Below, one piece after another: positions 19,359 to 29,812 of a stretch of DNA of 64,000 nt. The position numbers and the translations under genes are program-made. Every line of letters begins with the position of its first letter. Position 1 is the stretch's first letter. Source of the DNA: Polyangiales bacterium (GTDB lineage Bacteria > Myxococcota_A > Polyangia > Polyangiales > Ga0077539). The notes beneath the pieces are model-generated. The model worked only from the letters and a program-made list of their open reading frames with translations, made no database searches and had not been told where the DNA came from. The stretch is taken from positions 204,781 through 268,780 of the forward strand of contig JBGARZ010000013.1 in NCBI GenBank assembly GCA_044229975.1, given 5' to 3'.

Positions 19359-20624
19359 TTACGACGCTCCGCGCAGTGCCGAGCCGCGCAGGGCGGTAAT
19401 GATGAGCGCGCCGTTGTAGAGCGTGTGCACCAGCCACGGCGCGGCAACGCCCCCCGACCTGTGCCGCAGCCAGCCATTGACCAGCGCGACCGCCGCGATG
19501 GGGCACAGACCCAGCAGCGCGCCCTTGAGCTGGATCGCGTGCAACGAGGTGAATACCAGCGCCTGTAAGAGAACGGCCACGGCAGGCCCCGCGCGCCCGA
19601 GCACCCGCTGCGCCGCACCGCGGTAGAACAGCTCCTCCGAGAGCGGCGCGAGCAGCGCCGTGAAGAGCAGCACGAGGCACCGCGGCGACGACGCGAACTC
19701 CCGCGCGACGGGGCTCTCGGAGGTGTCGGTGATCCAGAGGCTCGTGGCCATGGCGAAGCCCACCAGCGCCGCGGCGATGGGCACCGCCGCCAGCAGCCAT
19801 CGCGACGAGGTGCGCCCGAGGCCGAGCGCCTCACGCAGCGGTGGACCGTCGGCGTCGAGTCCGCCGAGCAACCACGCCGCGGAGAGACAGAAGCCGGCAC
19901 TCTGCGCGAGCTGCGCCGCGAGCACCGTAAACGGCGACGCGGGCAGCGCGCTGACCACCAGCAGCGGAAGGAAGAAGCTGCACCCGACGAGCGCACCGAG
20001 GAGCGCGAGCACGGCGCCCGGTCGATCGGCGACGGGGCGGAAGATGGAGGAGCGCAGCGACGGATCGGGGCGCGACGGCGCGGCGGTGAACGACGGCGAG
20101 AGCACCAGCAGGGCGAGCGCGATCACCAGCGCAGCGAGCGGCCACACGACGCGCGCGTGGAGCATCGGCCCCGCGTAGAGCGAGAGGCGACGCAGCGGGG
20201 TCGCGGGCGCGGCGTCGAAGGACAGGTCGAGCGGGGTGGAGCGCGGAGCGGTCCAGCGGAAGCCGACGCAGCGACGGGCGTCGGAGAGCGCGGCGGTGAG
20301 CGGGCGATCGAAGACGAGCTGCCCGGCGGGCGAGCGCGCGTCGAGTCGGAGCAGCGGGTCAGCGCCCGAGACGCTGCACGCGGTGACGCGGATCACGTCG
20401 CCCGCGCGGAGGTCGAAGCGGCCGAGCGGGTGTGGCGTGGTGCGCCACTCAGCGGACGATGGGTCGCTCACGACGAGCGAGCGCTCTGCGTGGGAGAGCT
20501 GTCGCGCGTGATGAACGACACCGACGAGACTTGCGGCGACGAGGGCCCACGCGAGTGCGACGAAGGGGCCGCGCGGCGGAGCGCTCCGGGGCGTGCGAGC
20601 GCTTGCAGGCAACACGGGCCACAT
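19359..20624 (-). CDS. CPBP (CAAX/Abi) family intramembrane glutamic endopeptidase with an N-terminal extracytoplasmic domain
   Basis: [21 protein letters not shown]; several TM segments; start uncertain. Confidence 0.85.
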   Translation of the reverse strand: MWPVLPASARTPRSAPPRGPFVALAWALVAASLVGVVHHARQLSHAERSLVVSDPSSAEWRTTPHPLGRFDLRAGDVIRVTACSVSGADPLLRLDARSPAGQLVFDRPLTAALSDARRCVGFRWTAPRSTPLDLSFDAAPATPLRRLSLYAGPMLHARVVWPLAALVIALALLVLSPSFTAAPSRPDPSLRSSIFRPVADRPGAVLALLGALVGCSFFLPLLVVSALPASPFTVLAAQLAQSAGFCLSAAWLLGGLDADGPPLREALGLGRTSSRWLLAAVPIAAALVGFAMATSLWITDTSESPVAREFASSPRCLVLLFTALLAPLSEELFYRGAAQRVLGRAGPAVAVLLQALVFTSLHAIQLKGALLGLCPIAAVALVNGWLRHRSGGVAAPWLVHTLYNGALIITALRGSALRGAS

Positions 20625-20683
20625 TGTACGAGGATCGCCGAGTCGGGTCGTCAAACCTTCTACCGCTGCGTCGGTGTTCGTGG

Positions 20684-21376
20684 GTGCTTCGGGTGCGTCG
20701 CTGGTGCAAAGAACTCTGCTGGGTCGCATCGCTCGGCGCGTTCACCGGGTTCGCGCTGCCTCGCATGATGCTCCCCGGGCAGTACGCCCGCGCGCAGCGG
20801 ATGCCCTGGGTGGCGCCGCGACACGTCGACGCCGACGCGGGCGCGCGGTCGTCACCGGGTCCCGCGGAGGAGATCCGGCTCACCGACCTGCCCGAGAGCC
20901 CGATGCCACCGGGCGTCGCGACGAGGGACGCGGGCGCCGCGGCGTTGAGCGTCGAGGAAGACGACGACGCCGCCACGACAGCCAGCGTGCGCGAGCCGTC
21001 GCCCGCCGAGGCCGCCGCCCGTCGTGAGCGCGACCGACTGCTGCATCGTGAGCGCGACCGCTGGGTGCTCGACCTCACCGGCGTGGAGCGTCCGCGCACG
21101 CTGCTGTCGGGCGCGCGCGTGCGCTGGCTGGGCGAGGACGACTCGGGCGAGGGCTACGAGATCACCGGGCTCGATCGCAACGGGCTCATGGCGCGCGCGG
21201 GCATCCGCCCCGGCGACAAGCTGGTCTCGCTCAACGGCACGCCGCTGCGCAACCCCGACGAGGCGCTCGACGCGTACGTGCGGGCGCGCAACGCCACGCG
21301 CTTCGACCTCACGCTCTCGCGGCGCGGGAGCAACTACACGGTGCCGGTGACGGTGCGCGGAAACCGGGGGCTGTGA
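20684..21376 (+). CDS. PDZ-domain protein (GspC-like C-terminus); start uncertain
   Basis: [23 protein letters not shown]...LSRRG. Confidence 0.75.
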   Translation: MLRVRRWCKELCWVASLGAFTGFALPRMMLPGQYARAQRMPWVAPRHVDADAGARSSPGPAEEIRLTDLPESPMPPGVATRDAGAAALSVEEDDDAATTASVREPSPAEAAARRERDRLLHRERDRWVLDLTGVERPRTLLSGARVRWLGEDDSGEGYEITGLDRNGLMARAGIRPGDKLVSLNGTPLRNPDEALDAYVRARNATRFDLTLSRRGSNYTVPVTVRGNRGL

Positions 21377-22230
21377 GGCCGGGTCTGGCCGCGCTGATCG
21401 TTGTTCTCTTCGCCCGCACGGCGCTCGCCCAGGACGCGGGCGCACCTCCCGACGCCACCCCCGTCGCAGACGCAGACGCTGCCACGACCGACGACGCCGC
21501 GACGCCCGTCCCCGACGACGACGACCCGGCCCGCGCCACGCCCGCCGAGGACGAGGCCGCCGCCCGCGCGCTCGGCCCCGACGACGACGACGGCACGCCC
21601 GAAGGAGACGCCCTCCCCGACGTGCCCGCCGTCGCCTCGGAGATCGCCGCGATGTCGTCGCGCACCTGCCTGCGCGCGATGGTTCGCGCCCACATCGACT
21701 TCGAGCGCCCGCGGCAGTTTCCCGTCGGCGTCGGCACGCCCGTCATCGTGCGCGGGCCCATCCGCGGCGTGACCTTCCACGGCTCGCGCGACACCGCCGT
21801 GCGTGAGCTCATGGACTGCCGCCTCGCCGTGGTGCTCGTGCGCTACGCGACCTTCCTGCGCGCGCATCACATCCGCGAGGTGCGCCACCTGTCGCTGTGG
21901 CGCATCGCCGGTCGCAGCGAGCCCATGGCCAACGGGCTCTATCCGCGACACCCGGGCGGCATGGCCATCGACGCCGGGGTGTTCGTTCGCGACGACGGGA
22001 CGCAGCTCAACGTGCTGCGCGACTACCATGGCCGCCGCGGTCGGCCGCCGTGCGGGCCCAACGCGCGCGTGACGCCGTCACCCGCAGCGCGAGAGCTGCG
22101 AACGCTCCACTGCGAGCCCGCGCGGCGCGGCTGGTTTCACGTCGCGCTGGGGCCCAACTTCAACTTCGAGCACCGCAACCACCTCCACCTGGAGGTGACC
22201 CGCAACGTGAGCTGGAACTTTATTCGTTAG
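21373..22230 (+). CDS. Secreted extensin-like C-terminal domain protein (peptidase M15-like fold)
   Basis: Signal peptide, acidic linker, [30 protein letters not shown]. Confidence 0.8.
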   Translation: MRPGLAALIVVLFARTALAQDAGAPPDATPVADADAATTDDAATPVPDDDDPARATPAEDEAAARALGPDDDDGTPEGDALPDVPAVASEIAAMSSRTCLRAMVRAHIDFERPRQFPVGVGTPVIVRGPIRGVTFHGSRDTAVRELMDCRLAVVLVRYATFLRAHHIREVRHLSLWRIAGRSEPMANGLYPRHPGGMAIDAGVFVRDDGTQLNVLRDYHGRRGRPPCGPNARVTPSPAARELRTLHCEPARRGWFHVALGPNFNFEHRNHLHLEVTRNVSWNFIR

Positions 22231-23474
22231 GCGGTGGGGACGGTCGTCGCGCGGTGGGCGTCGACGACGGCGAGGATGGTGGCGGTGTCGAGGATGTGGC
22301 CCGCGTTCTTGGCGTGCTGGAGGATGGCCTGCACCATCCCGGCGTCGGGCTCGACCTTGTGGGTCTTCAGCCAGTGATGGACGTTGCTGGCGCCGCTCAT
22401 GGGGCCGATCTCGATGGACTGACCGCGGCCGAACATACCCGCGGGCACGCCCGAGTAGATGCGGTCGGCGAGCCAGGCGTCGCCCTTGTTCTGGGCCTTG
22501 ATGATCGCGGCCGCGTGCACACCGGTGGACGTGCGAAACGCGTCGGCGCCGACCAGCGGGTAGTTCACCGGAACGGGCAACCCGACGGCCTTCGAGGTGA
22601 GCTCGCAGTAGCGGATGAGGTCGGTGAGGTCTTGATGTTCGAGGGCGCCCGCGAGCTTGAGGTTGAGGAGGATGAACTCCATCGCCGTGTTGCCCACGCG
22701 CTCGCCGATGCCGAGCGCGGCGCCGTGCACGCGGTCGATGCCCTCTTCGACGGCGGTGAGCGCGTTGACGAGGCCGAGGCCGCGGTCGTTGTGGTTGTGG
22801 TAGTCGAGCTTCACGTGCGTGGCGCCGTACCCCTTGAGGAGGTTCTGCGTGAAGCGGATGAGGTTGCGCGTGCCATCGGGCGTGGCGTGACCGACCGTGT
22901 CGCAGAGCACCAGGCGCTCGGCGCCGTGGTCGATGGCGTTCTTGAAGAGCGCGGCGAGCACCTCGGGGCGCGAGCGTGTGGTGTCCTCGGTGACGTAGGC
23001 CACCGGGAGGCCGTTCTTCACGGCGACGTCGATGGCGTCGGCGCTGTGCTTGAGCAGCGTCGCGACGTCCCAGCTCTCGGCGAAGAGGCGGATCGGCGAG
23101 CTCCCGATGAAGGTGTAGACCTCCACCGGGATGCCCGCCTTCTGGGAGATGTCCACCATCGGGAGGATGTCCGCCGCGACGGTGCGGCCCGCGCACGCCG
23201 GGCGGAGCTTCATCTTCGTGGCGACGATCTCCTGGCACATGCGCAGCACGTCATCGAAGGCGCGCTTCGTCGAACCGGGCAACCCGATGTCGGCGGCGTG
23301 GATGCCGAGCGACTCCATGAGGTGGAGCAGCTCCAGCTTCTGCTCGATGGTGGGGTCCTGCACTGACGGGTTCTGGAGCCCGTCGCGCAGGGTCTCGTCG
23401 AAGAACTCCACCGGCCCGAACGGCGGGTGACGTCGGTCGACCTCGTTCCAGTCGTAGATGAGCTCTTCGTCCAT
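22227..23474 (-). CDS. LeuA/2-isopropylmalate synthase-like Claisen condensing enzyme without a C-terminal regulatory domain
   Basis: DETLRDGLQ, CDTVG, HNHNDRGLG, GIGERVGN, GPMSGASN; start MDEELIYDWN. Confidence 0.88.
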   Translation of the reverse strand: MDEELIYDWNEVDRRHPPFGPVEFFDETLRDGLQNPSVQDPTIEQKLELLHLMESLGIHAADIGLPGSTKRAFDDVLRMCQEIVATKMKLRPACAGRTVAADILPMVDISQKAGIPVEVYTFIGSSPIRLFAESWDVATLLKHSADAIDVAVKNGLPVAYVTEDTTRSRPEVLAALFKNAIDHGAERLVLCDTVGHATPDGTRNLIRFTQNLLKGYGATHVKLDYHNHNDRGLGLVNALTAVEEGIDRVHGAALGIGERVGNTAMEFILLNLKLAGALEHQDLTDLIRYCELTSKAVGLPVPVNYPLVGADAFRTSTGVHAAAIIKAQNKGDAWLADRIYSGVPAGMFGRGQSIEIGPMSGASNVHHWLKTHKVEPDAGMVQAILQHAKNAGHILDTATILAVVDAHRATTVPTA

Positions 23475-23482
23475 GGCGCGAC

Positions 23483-24676
23483 TCAGATGCGCTCGATGAG
23501 GACCGCGAGCCCCTGGCCGCCGCCGATGCAGGCCGAGCCCACGGCGGTCTTCAGGTTGCGCTTGCGGAGCGCGTGGACGAGGTGCGCCGTGATGCGCGCG
23601 CCCGACGCGCCGAGCGGGTGACCGATGGCGATGGCGCCGCCGTCGACGTTGGTCTTGTTGCGGTCGAGGCCGAGCTCCTTCTCGACGGCGAGGTACTGCG
23701 CCGCGAAGGCCTCGTTGACCTCGACGAGGTCGATCTGGTCGAGCGTGGTGTCCGCGCGACGCAGCACCGACTGGATCGCCGGAACCGGCCCGATGCCCAT
23801 GATGCTCGGCTCTACCGCGGCGACGCCCCACTGCACCAGGCGAGCGAGCGGCTTGAGCCCACGCGAGCGCGCGAAGTCGGCGCTGGCGAGCACGAGCGCC
23901 GCGGCGCCGTCGTTGATGCCCGAGGCGTTGCCGGCCGTGACGACGCCGTCCTTCTTGAAGGCGGGGTTGAGCTTCGCGAGCGTCTCCAGGGTGGTCTGGG
24001 GCCGCGGGTGCTCGTCGCGCGAGAAGACGACCGAGCCCTTCTTGCCCGCGATCTCGACGGTGGTGAGCTCGTCGTTGAAGGCGCCGGCCTCGCTCGCCGC
24101 GGCCCAGCGCTGCTGCGAGAGGAGCGCGAACTTGTCGCAGTCCTCGCGGGTGAGGCCGTACTTCTGCGCGAGGTTCTCGGCCGTGATGGCCATCGGGGTG
24201 TTGCAGTAGGAGTCGGTGAGCGCAGCGGCGAGGGAGTCTTCGAGGGCGGGCGCGCGGCCGAAGGCGAAGCCGTCGCGGGCGCCGCGGATGATGTGCGGCG
24301 CCTGGGTCATGTTCTCGGTGCCGCCGACGAGGACGCACTCGGTCTCGCCGAGGAGGATCTGCTCGGCGCCGTTGATGACGGCCTGGAAGCCGGAGCCGCA
24401 GAGGCGGTTGACGGTGAGGGCGGGCGTGGTGATCGGCAGGCCGGACTTCAGGCCGACGTGGCGGGCGAGGTAGATGGCGTCGGCGCTGGTCTGCTGGACG
24501 TTGCCGAAGATGACGTGGCCGACATCCTCGTTGGCGACGTTGGCGTCGACGAGGGCGGCCTTCGAGGCGTTGACCGCGAGGTCGGTGGCCGAGACGCTCT
24601 TGAGCGCGCCCGAGAGGGTGCCGAAGGGGGTACGACGGGCCGAGAGGATCACGATCTCGCGCGAGAGCTTCGCCAT
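23483..24676 (-). CDS. Acetyl-CoA C-acetyltransferase (thiolase)
   Basis: NRLCGSG, NEAFA, GHPLGASG, CIGGGQG. Confidence 0.96.
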   Translation of the reverse strand: MAKLSREIVILSARRTPFGTLSGALKSVSATDLAVNASKAALVDANVANEDVGHVIFGNVQQTSADAIYLARHVGLKSGLPITTPALTVNRLCGSGFQAVINGAEQILLGETECVLVGGTENMTQAPHIIRGARDGFAFGRAPALEDSLAAALTDSYCNTPMAITAENLAQKYGLTREDCDKFALLSQQRWAAASEAGAFNDELTTVEIAGKKGSVVFSRDEHPRPQTTLETLAKLNPAFKKDGVVTAGNASGINDGAAALVLASADFARSRGLKPLARLVQWGVAAVEPSIMGIGPVPAIQSVLRRADTTLDQIDLVEVNEAFAAQYLAVEKELGLDRNKTNVDGGAIAIGHPLGASGARITAHLVHALRKRNLKTAVGSACIGGGQGLAVLIERI

Positions 24677-24785
24677 GGGGAGTATCTCCGTTGGGGGTAT
24701 GAGCGGCGGGGTGTGGTGGCCGCTCGGGCGGGAGTTATGGCGGCTCGACGGGCCGGGCACAAGGGCGCCGGTGACGCCGCAGGGT

Positions 24786-26525
24786 TCAGTGCTGCGGCAC
24801 GCGCTCGGGGCCGCCGCGGGTGCCCAGCGGCTGCTCGTCGTAGTGCACGTACACCCGCGTCCCCGGGCGCTGCGCGCTGGCGTACGCGCCGCTCCACCCC
24901 GGCGGCACGTGCGGTTCGGTCCAGTTGTAGAGCCAGCGCGCGTCGGGCGGGCTCATGTTGACGCAGCCGTGCGAGTGCATCGCGCCGAAGCCGTTGTGCC
25001 AGAACGCTCCGTGCAGCGCGAACGACCCCTCGAAGTACATCACCCAGGGCACGTCCTCGATGCTGTACGGGCCGTCGTTGGCGCTGTTGCCATCCATGGT
25101 CGTCGCGACGTGCTTCGACAGGATGCGATAGCCGCCTTGGATGGTCTCGTAGTTCTCCTCGGGGTTGCTCCGGTTGCGACGGCCGGTGCTCACCACGGTC
25201 ACGTACACGGGCCGCGCGCCGACGTAGGCCACCACGCTCTGGTGGTCGAGGTTCACGTCGATCCACTTCTCGTCGACGCCGAGGTCCGTCGGCGGGTCGT
25301 GGCGGGTCACCACGCGCACCTGCCGCGAGCGCAGGAAGTACCCGTCGGCCGTGTGGTAGTACTGCTCGTTGCCGACCGTCACCGGGGGCTCGTCGGCGAG
25401 CTGGATGATGGTCAGCCGCGGCGTGCGACCCAGCGGCGACATGGTGCGCCCGGTGGCCTGGTACGTCGTCGCCTGCGAGCTCAACACGAACGCGATCGGC
25501 AGGTGGCGCTGCTCGTCGATGGCGACGCCCTGGAAGTACCCCGGGTCGCGCAGCGTCGAGAGCGAGCCCGACCGGATGTAACCGCCCGACTGCGTGTGCC
25601 AGAAGTTGGTGCCCGCGTCGGAGCGCATCTCGCGGTGCAGCGAGACGTACATCCCTCGCAGCATCCTGCGCATCACGGCGGTGCCCGAGGCGCCCTCCAG
25701 GTCTTCGATGCGCACCTGTCCCCCCGCGTCGGGCCGACCCCCATCGGCGCCGTTGATCGCCGCGACCGCCGCGACCGCCGCGACCGCCGCGTCGTCGAGG
25801 GTCCCGCCGTCCGCGTTCGTGTTCGCGTTCTCACGCGGGGCGAAGCGCTCGGGCTCCGCGGCGCGCTCCTCGTCGTCCGAGGGCATCCATCGGTACACGA
25901 CGCCGTTGCGGGTGCTGCGCGCGTAGGTGAAGGGCATCGACGCGTCGACGTCGGGCGGATTGGGCAGCCGCCGCGTCATCGCCGTGTTGCCCATCGTCGC
26001 GCTGAAGGCCGCCAGCGGACCGACGCACACGAAGCCGCCGCCTTCGACCTCGTACCAGCCGGCGCCGCGCATGTCGCGACGCACCGGGCAGCCGTCGTTG
26101 CCGACGGGACCACGCACGACGGCGATCTGTCCGCCCGCGCGGATGTACCCGATCCAGTGGGCGTTGGACTGCGGCGCCTCGACGACGCCGGTGCGCCAGC
26201 CGAGGGCGGTGATCATCGTGCGAGGGCCCGCGTCGACCGCACCCGCTTCGGCCGTAGCATCGTCGGGCTGCGCCGTGCCGGCGTCGTCGTGGGGGTTGGG
26301 CTCCAGGGCTGATCCGCCCGTGTCGTCGGTGGCGCTCGGAGGGAGGCTCGGGTCGACGGGCAGCGTGAGCGCGCCATCGAGCGGAGGCGACGCGGAGTCG
26401 GGCGCGGTGGCGCGGCTCCAGAGGTTGTCGAGGCGCGAGCAGCCGCCCGTCGAGGCGAGCGCCGCCGAAGCGGCGCAGGCGAAGAAGAAGCGGCGAGAGG
26501 TGCGGTTCGTAGCGGGGTGGCTCAT
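24786..26525 (-). CDS. L,D-transpeptidase family lipoprotein, probably TAT-exported
   Basis: SRRFF twin-arginine motif followed by GGC; VSTG; ALHGAFWH..SHGCVN catalytic motif. Confidence 0.92.
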   Translation of the reverse strand: MSHPATNRTSRRFFFACAASAALASTGGCSRLDNLWSRATAPDSASPPLDGALTLPVDPSLPPSATDDTGGSALEPNPHDDAGTAQPDDATAEAGAVDAGPRTMITALGWRTGVVEAPQSNAHWIGYIRAGGQIAVVRGPVGNDGCPVRRDMRGAGWYEVEGGGFVCVGPLAAFSATMGNTAMTRRLPNPPDVDASMPFTYARSTRNGVVYRWMPSDDEERAAEPERFAPRENANTNADGGTLDDAAVAAVAAVAAINGADGGRPDAGGQVRIEDLEGASGTAVMRRMLRGMYVSLHREMRSDAGTNFWHTQSGGYIRSGSLSTLRDPGYFQGVAIDEQRHLPIAFVLSSQATTYQATGRTMSPLGRTPRLTIIQLADEPPVTVGNEQYYHTADGYFLRSRQVRVVTRHDPPTDLGVDEKWIDVNLDHQSVVAYVGARPVYVTVVSTGRRNRSNPEENYETIQGGYRILSKHVATTMDGNSANDGPYSIEDVPWVMYFEGSFALHGAFWHNGFGAMHSHGCVNMSPPDARWLYNWTEPHVPPGWSGAYASAQRPGTRVYVHYDEQPLGTRGGPERVPQH

Positions 26526-26691
26526 GGCGACTCCGAGGCGGCGGTCCCGGGTGCGCTACCACAGCGCGGGGGACCATTGTCCAATTGACCGTCTCTGCGA
26601 CAACCGCACCAACGGGTCTACGGCGTCGAAGCGGCGGCGCGCGGAGGGCTTTGCTGGTAGAGGGAGCGCGAGGTTGTTGCTGGCCCACGTG

Positions 26692-28329
26692 ATGACACGC
26701 CGCGGAACGACGCACACGCCCCCATGGCACCAGAGACTCACGCTCTACCTCGCTGCGTCCTTCGCGCTGCACGGTGCGGTGCTTGTGGTTCGTCCCCCGG
26801 CGGTGCGGCTCCCGACGATCCCGGTGGTCATCAACCAGACCGTCGAACTCGGCCTGGAGACCGCGCGCCCCGCGACCGCGCCGACCCCGACTCCTGCCCC
26901 GCCGACACCCGCGCCACCCGCCGAGCCCGCGCGTCCGACGCCCCCGCGGCCGCGCGCTGAGCCACGCCCGCCGCGGGTCATCGCGCCTCGCCCCGTCGCG
27001 CTCCCGGAGCCTCCTCCGACCAACCTGCACGAGCCCACGCTCATCCGCGAGCCCGACCAGATGCTGGTGGTGCGAGACCGCGATGCGGACGTTGATGTGT
27101 TGCTCGCGAGCGCCGACGCGGGCTCGATGGAAGACGTCGCGCTGGCCAGCGCCGACGCTGGATCGATGGACGACGTCGCCCTCGCGCTCGCCGACGCGGG
27201 CCTGACGGAAGACGCTCCGAGCGCGCTCGCGCTCAACGACGCGGGCACTGCGGCCGACGTCGAGCCGGGCGCCCTGCCGACGATGGCCGAGGCCGCAGGC
27301 GCGATGGCGGCGGCGGTACCCGAGGGAGCGGTGGTGACGCTGCTGCTGCGCACCGATCGACTGCGCGAGAGCCCGCACGCGGCGCGGGTGTCGGGCCTGC
27401 TCGAAGGCATCCGCGACTGGCAGGCCGTGCTCGGCGGAACGGAGCTCGACCCCATCCGTGACTTCAACGCCGTGCTGCTCGCGAGCGCCAACCCCATCGG
27501 CACGCGGGGCTCACCGCCCGACCTCATGGCCATCGTCCGCACCCACGCGCGGCGCGACTTCCTGCGGGCCTCGGTCGAGCAGATGGCGGGCGTTCGCACC
27601 AACACCCCGTCGGGCCAGCTCCCCTCTGACGCCGGAACGCTCCGCGACCACTTCTCGCGTCCCGACGCGAGCGCACTGCCCCGCCCCACGCGCTCCATCT
27701 GGACGCGTCGCAACGGCGTCGAGACCACCACCGTCGACCGCTACATCGGTCCGACCTCGGTGGCGCTTCTGCAGGACGACCTCGCGGTCTTCGCGTCGCC
27801 CAACCGCCTCCCAACGTTGCTCTCGGTGCTCGGCGGACAGACCGCCATCGCGAGCGCCCTCCCCCGCACCGACGACGCTGGTCACGGCCCTCGCCTCGTC
27901 GCGCTGCTCACGGCCCACGGCGTCCGCAACCTGATGTCCGTCCCGACGGCAGCGGGTCGCGGCAACCCCGTCCCGACGGCCGTCGACCTCTCGCTACAGG
28001 CCACGCGCAACGCCAGCGGAACCGACGATGGCGGCGCCATCCTGCGCTCGACCTGGCGCTACGACTCGCCCGAGCAGGCGGCCTCGGCGCGACGGCTCGT
28101 CGAGGTGTTCATCCTCGACGTGCAGGACACCATCAACCAGTTTGCAGGAACGGTGCAGGGCCGCCTCGCGACGAGCACGGGCATCGTGCGACTGCCGCTG
28201 CTGCGCCGCGCGCTCACCCGCCTGTCGGCGACGACGGAGGGGTCGACGGTGCGCCTCGACGCGACGCTCGACCGCGACGAGGTGGGCGAGCTGCTCAACG
28301 TCCAACGATTCTCGGGGCTGCTCCAATGA
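26692..28329 (+). CDS. Hypothetical membrane-anchored protein with a Pro-rich linker and short acidic repeats
   Basis: N-terminal SFALHG TM anchor (TonB/TolA-like), PT-rich stretch, ASADAGSM(E/D)DVAL repeats. Confidence 0.7.
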   Translation: MTRRGTTHTPPWHQRLTLYLAASFALHGAVLVVRPPAVRLPTIPVVINQTVELGLETARPATAPTPTPAPPTPAPPAEPARPTPPRPRAEPRPPRVIAPRPVALPEPPPTNLHEPTLIREPDQMLVVRDRDADVDVLLASADAGSMEDVALASADAGSMDDVALALADAGLTEDAPSALALNDAGTAADVEPGALPTMAEAAGAMAAAVPEGAVVTLLLRTDRLRESPHAARVSGLLEGIRDWQAVLGGTELDPIRDFNAVLLASANPIGTRGSPPDLMAIVRTHARRDFLRASVEQMAGVRTNTPSGQLPSDAGTLRDHFSRPDASALPRPTRSIWTRRNGVETTTVDRYIGPTSVALLQDDLAVFASPNRLPTLLSVLGGQTAIASALPRTDDAGHGPRLVALLTAHGVRNLMSVPTAAGRGNPVPTAVDLSLQATRNASGTDDGGAILRSTWRYDSPEQAASARRLVEVFILDVQDTINQFAGTVQGRLATSTGIVRLPLLRRALTRLSATTEGSTVRLDATLDRDEVGELLNVQRFSGLLQ

Positions 28330-28703
28330 CGAAGACGGTGGTGCGGTGGTTGGTCGCGATCGCGATGGTGGTGGTCGGCGTGATGCACTTCGTCGACCCG
28401 ACGCCCTTCGTGCGCATCGTGCCGGCGGTGCTTCCGGCGAAGCTCTGGCTGGTGTGGATCAGCGGCGTCGCGGAGATCGCGGGCGGCCTCGGGCTGCTGG
28501 TTCCGCGCACGCGACGATGGGCGGGCTACGGGCTCATCGCGCTCTACGTCGCGGTGTTTCCGGCCAACATCAACATGGCGATCAACCACATCCAGATGGG
28601 CGAGCAGCCGCTGCCCGCGTGGGCGCCGTGGGCGCGGCTACCGTTCCAGGCGGTGTTCATCGCGCTGGTGTGGTGGGTGTCGCGCGACGACGAGAAGCGC
28701 TGA
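28326..28703 (+). CDS. DoxX-like membrane protein
   Basis: GVMHF..P..F..IVP, SGVAEI.GG.GLL, VFPANI, ARLPFQ. Confidence 0.85.
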   Translation: MTKTVVRWLVAIAMVVVGVMHFVDPTPFVRIVPAVLPAKLWLVWISGVAEIAGGLGLLVPRTRRWAGYGLIALYVAVFPANINMAINHIQMGEQPLPAWAPWARLPFQAVFIALVWWVSRDDEKR

Positions 28704-28708
28704 CGGTT

Positions 28709-29794
28709 TCAGCCGGGGCGTAGCGATTCGAGCACGCGGAGGAAGTTGCCGCCGAGCACCTTGCGGATGCGGGTGTCGGACCATCCGCGGTCGAGCATGG
28801 CCTGCACGAGCTTGGGGAGTTCGAGGCAGGTGCGCATGTCGACGGGCGGAACGATCATCCCGTCCCAGTCGCTGCCGAGCGAGACGTGGTCTTCGCCGAC
28901 GGTGTCGACGACGTGCGCGATGTGCTTCACCACGGAGCTCATCTTCCCGCTGAAGTTCGGGTCTCCGAGGAAGCTCGACTGGTACATGATGCCGACGGTT
29001 CCGCCGAGGTCGGCGATGGCGCGGAGCTGCTCGTCGTCGAGGTTGCGCCAATGCGGCGTGACGCCCGTGACGCCCGTGTGCGTGACGATGGGCGACTGGG
29101 TCTTGTCGTGCACCGCGAGCGCGTCGAAGAAGCCCTTGCGCGAGATGTGCGCGAGGTCGACGAAGATCTTCCGCGCGTTGAGGGCGCGGACGTAATCGCG
29201 ACCGCGGTCGGTGAGCCCGGTGTCGCCACCGACGCCGAGCGGTGAACTCGTCACGCCGAGCGGTGACGTCGACAGGTGCACCAGCGTGACGCGAAGCACG
29301 AGGTCGTCGGGGATGAGGTCGAGCGCGCTGCCGTCGGCGGCGTGATCGAGGGCGTTGCCCCCTTGGATGCCGATGAAGGCGGCGTGCTTTCCCTCGGCGC
29401 GGGCGGCGCGATACTCGCGGGCGTTGCGAACGACGGCGACGTCGTCGGAGGCGCGGGCGAGCTCGTCGCGCAGGCGGTTGATGTTGCGGACGAAGGTGTG
29501 CGCGCGGTCTTCGGACGATCGCGCGGGGTTGGTGGTGATGACCCAGGTGGCGCCGCTGACCTGGGCCTCACGGATGCGCGGGAGGTCGACCTGGCGGGCG
29601 AAGGCGGCGTTGAGGGGACCGGGCGTGTGCCGACGGGTGAGGTCGTAGCCGAAGATGCGGGTCCAGATGAACGAGTCGACGTGGAGGTCGACGACCTCCG
29701 AGTCGAGGTACAGCTGGATGGCTTCGGGGGAGATTCCGAGCGAGCGCGCCCAGGCCGCTGGGTCCTGGCGATGGTCGGTAAACGCTAGGCCCAT
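28709..29794 (-). CDS. Membrane dipeptidase (peptidase M19)
   Basis: DLHVD, VDLAH, THTG, RNLDDEQL, GSDWDG, GGNFLRV. Confidence 0.92.
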   Translation of the reverse strand: MGLAFTDHRQDPAAWARSLGISPEAIQLYLDSEVVDLHVDSFIWTRIFGYDLTRRHTPGPLNAAFARQVDLPRIREAQVSGATWVITTNPARSSEDRAHTFVRNINRLRDELARASDDVAVVRNAREYRAARAEGKHAAFIGIQGGNALDHAADGSALDLIPDDLVLRVTLVHLSTSPLGVTSSPLGVGGDTGLTDRGRDYVRALNARKIFVDLAHISRKGFFDALAVHDKTQSPIVTHTGVTGVTPHWRNLDDEQLRAIADLGGTVGIMYQSSFLGDPNFSGKMSSVVKHIAHVVDTVGEDHVSLGSDWDGMIVPPVDMRTCLELPKLVQAMLDRGWSDTRIRKVLGGNFLRVLESLRPG

Positions 29795-29812
29795 GGTGGT
29801 GTTCTCGGTAGG

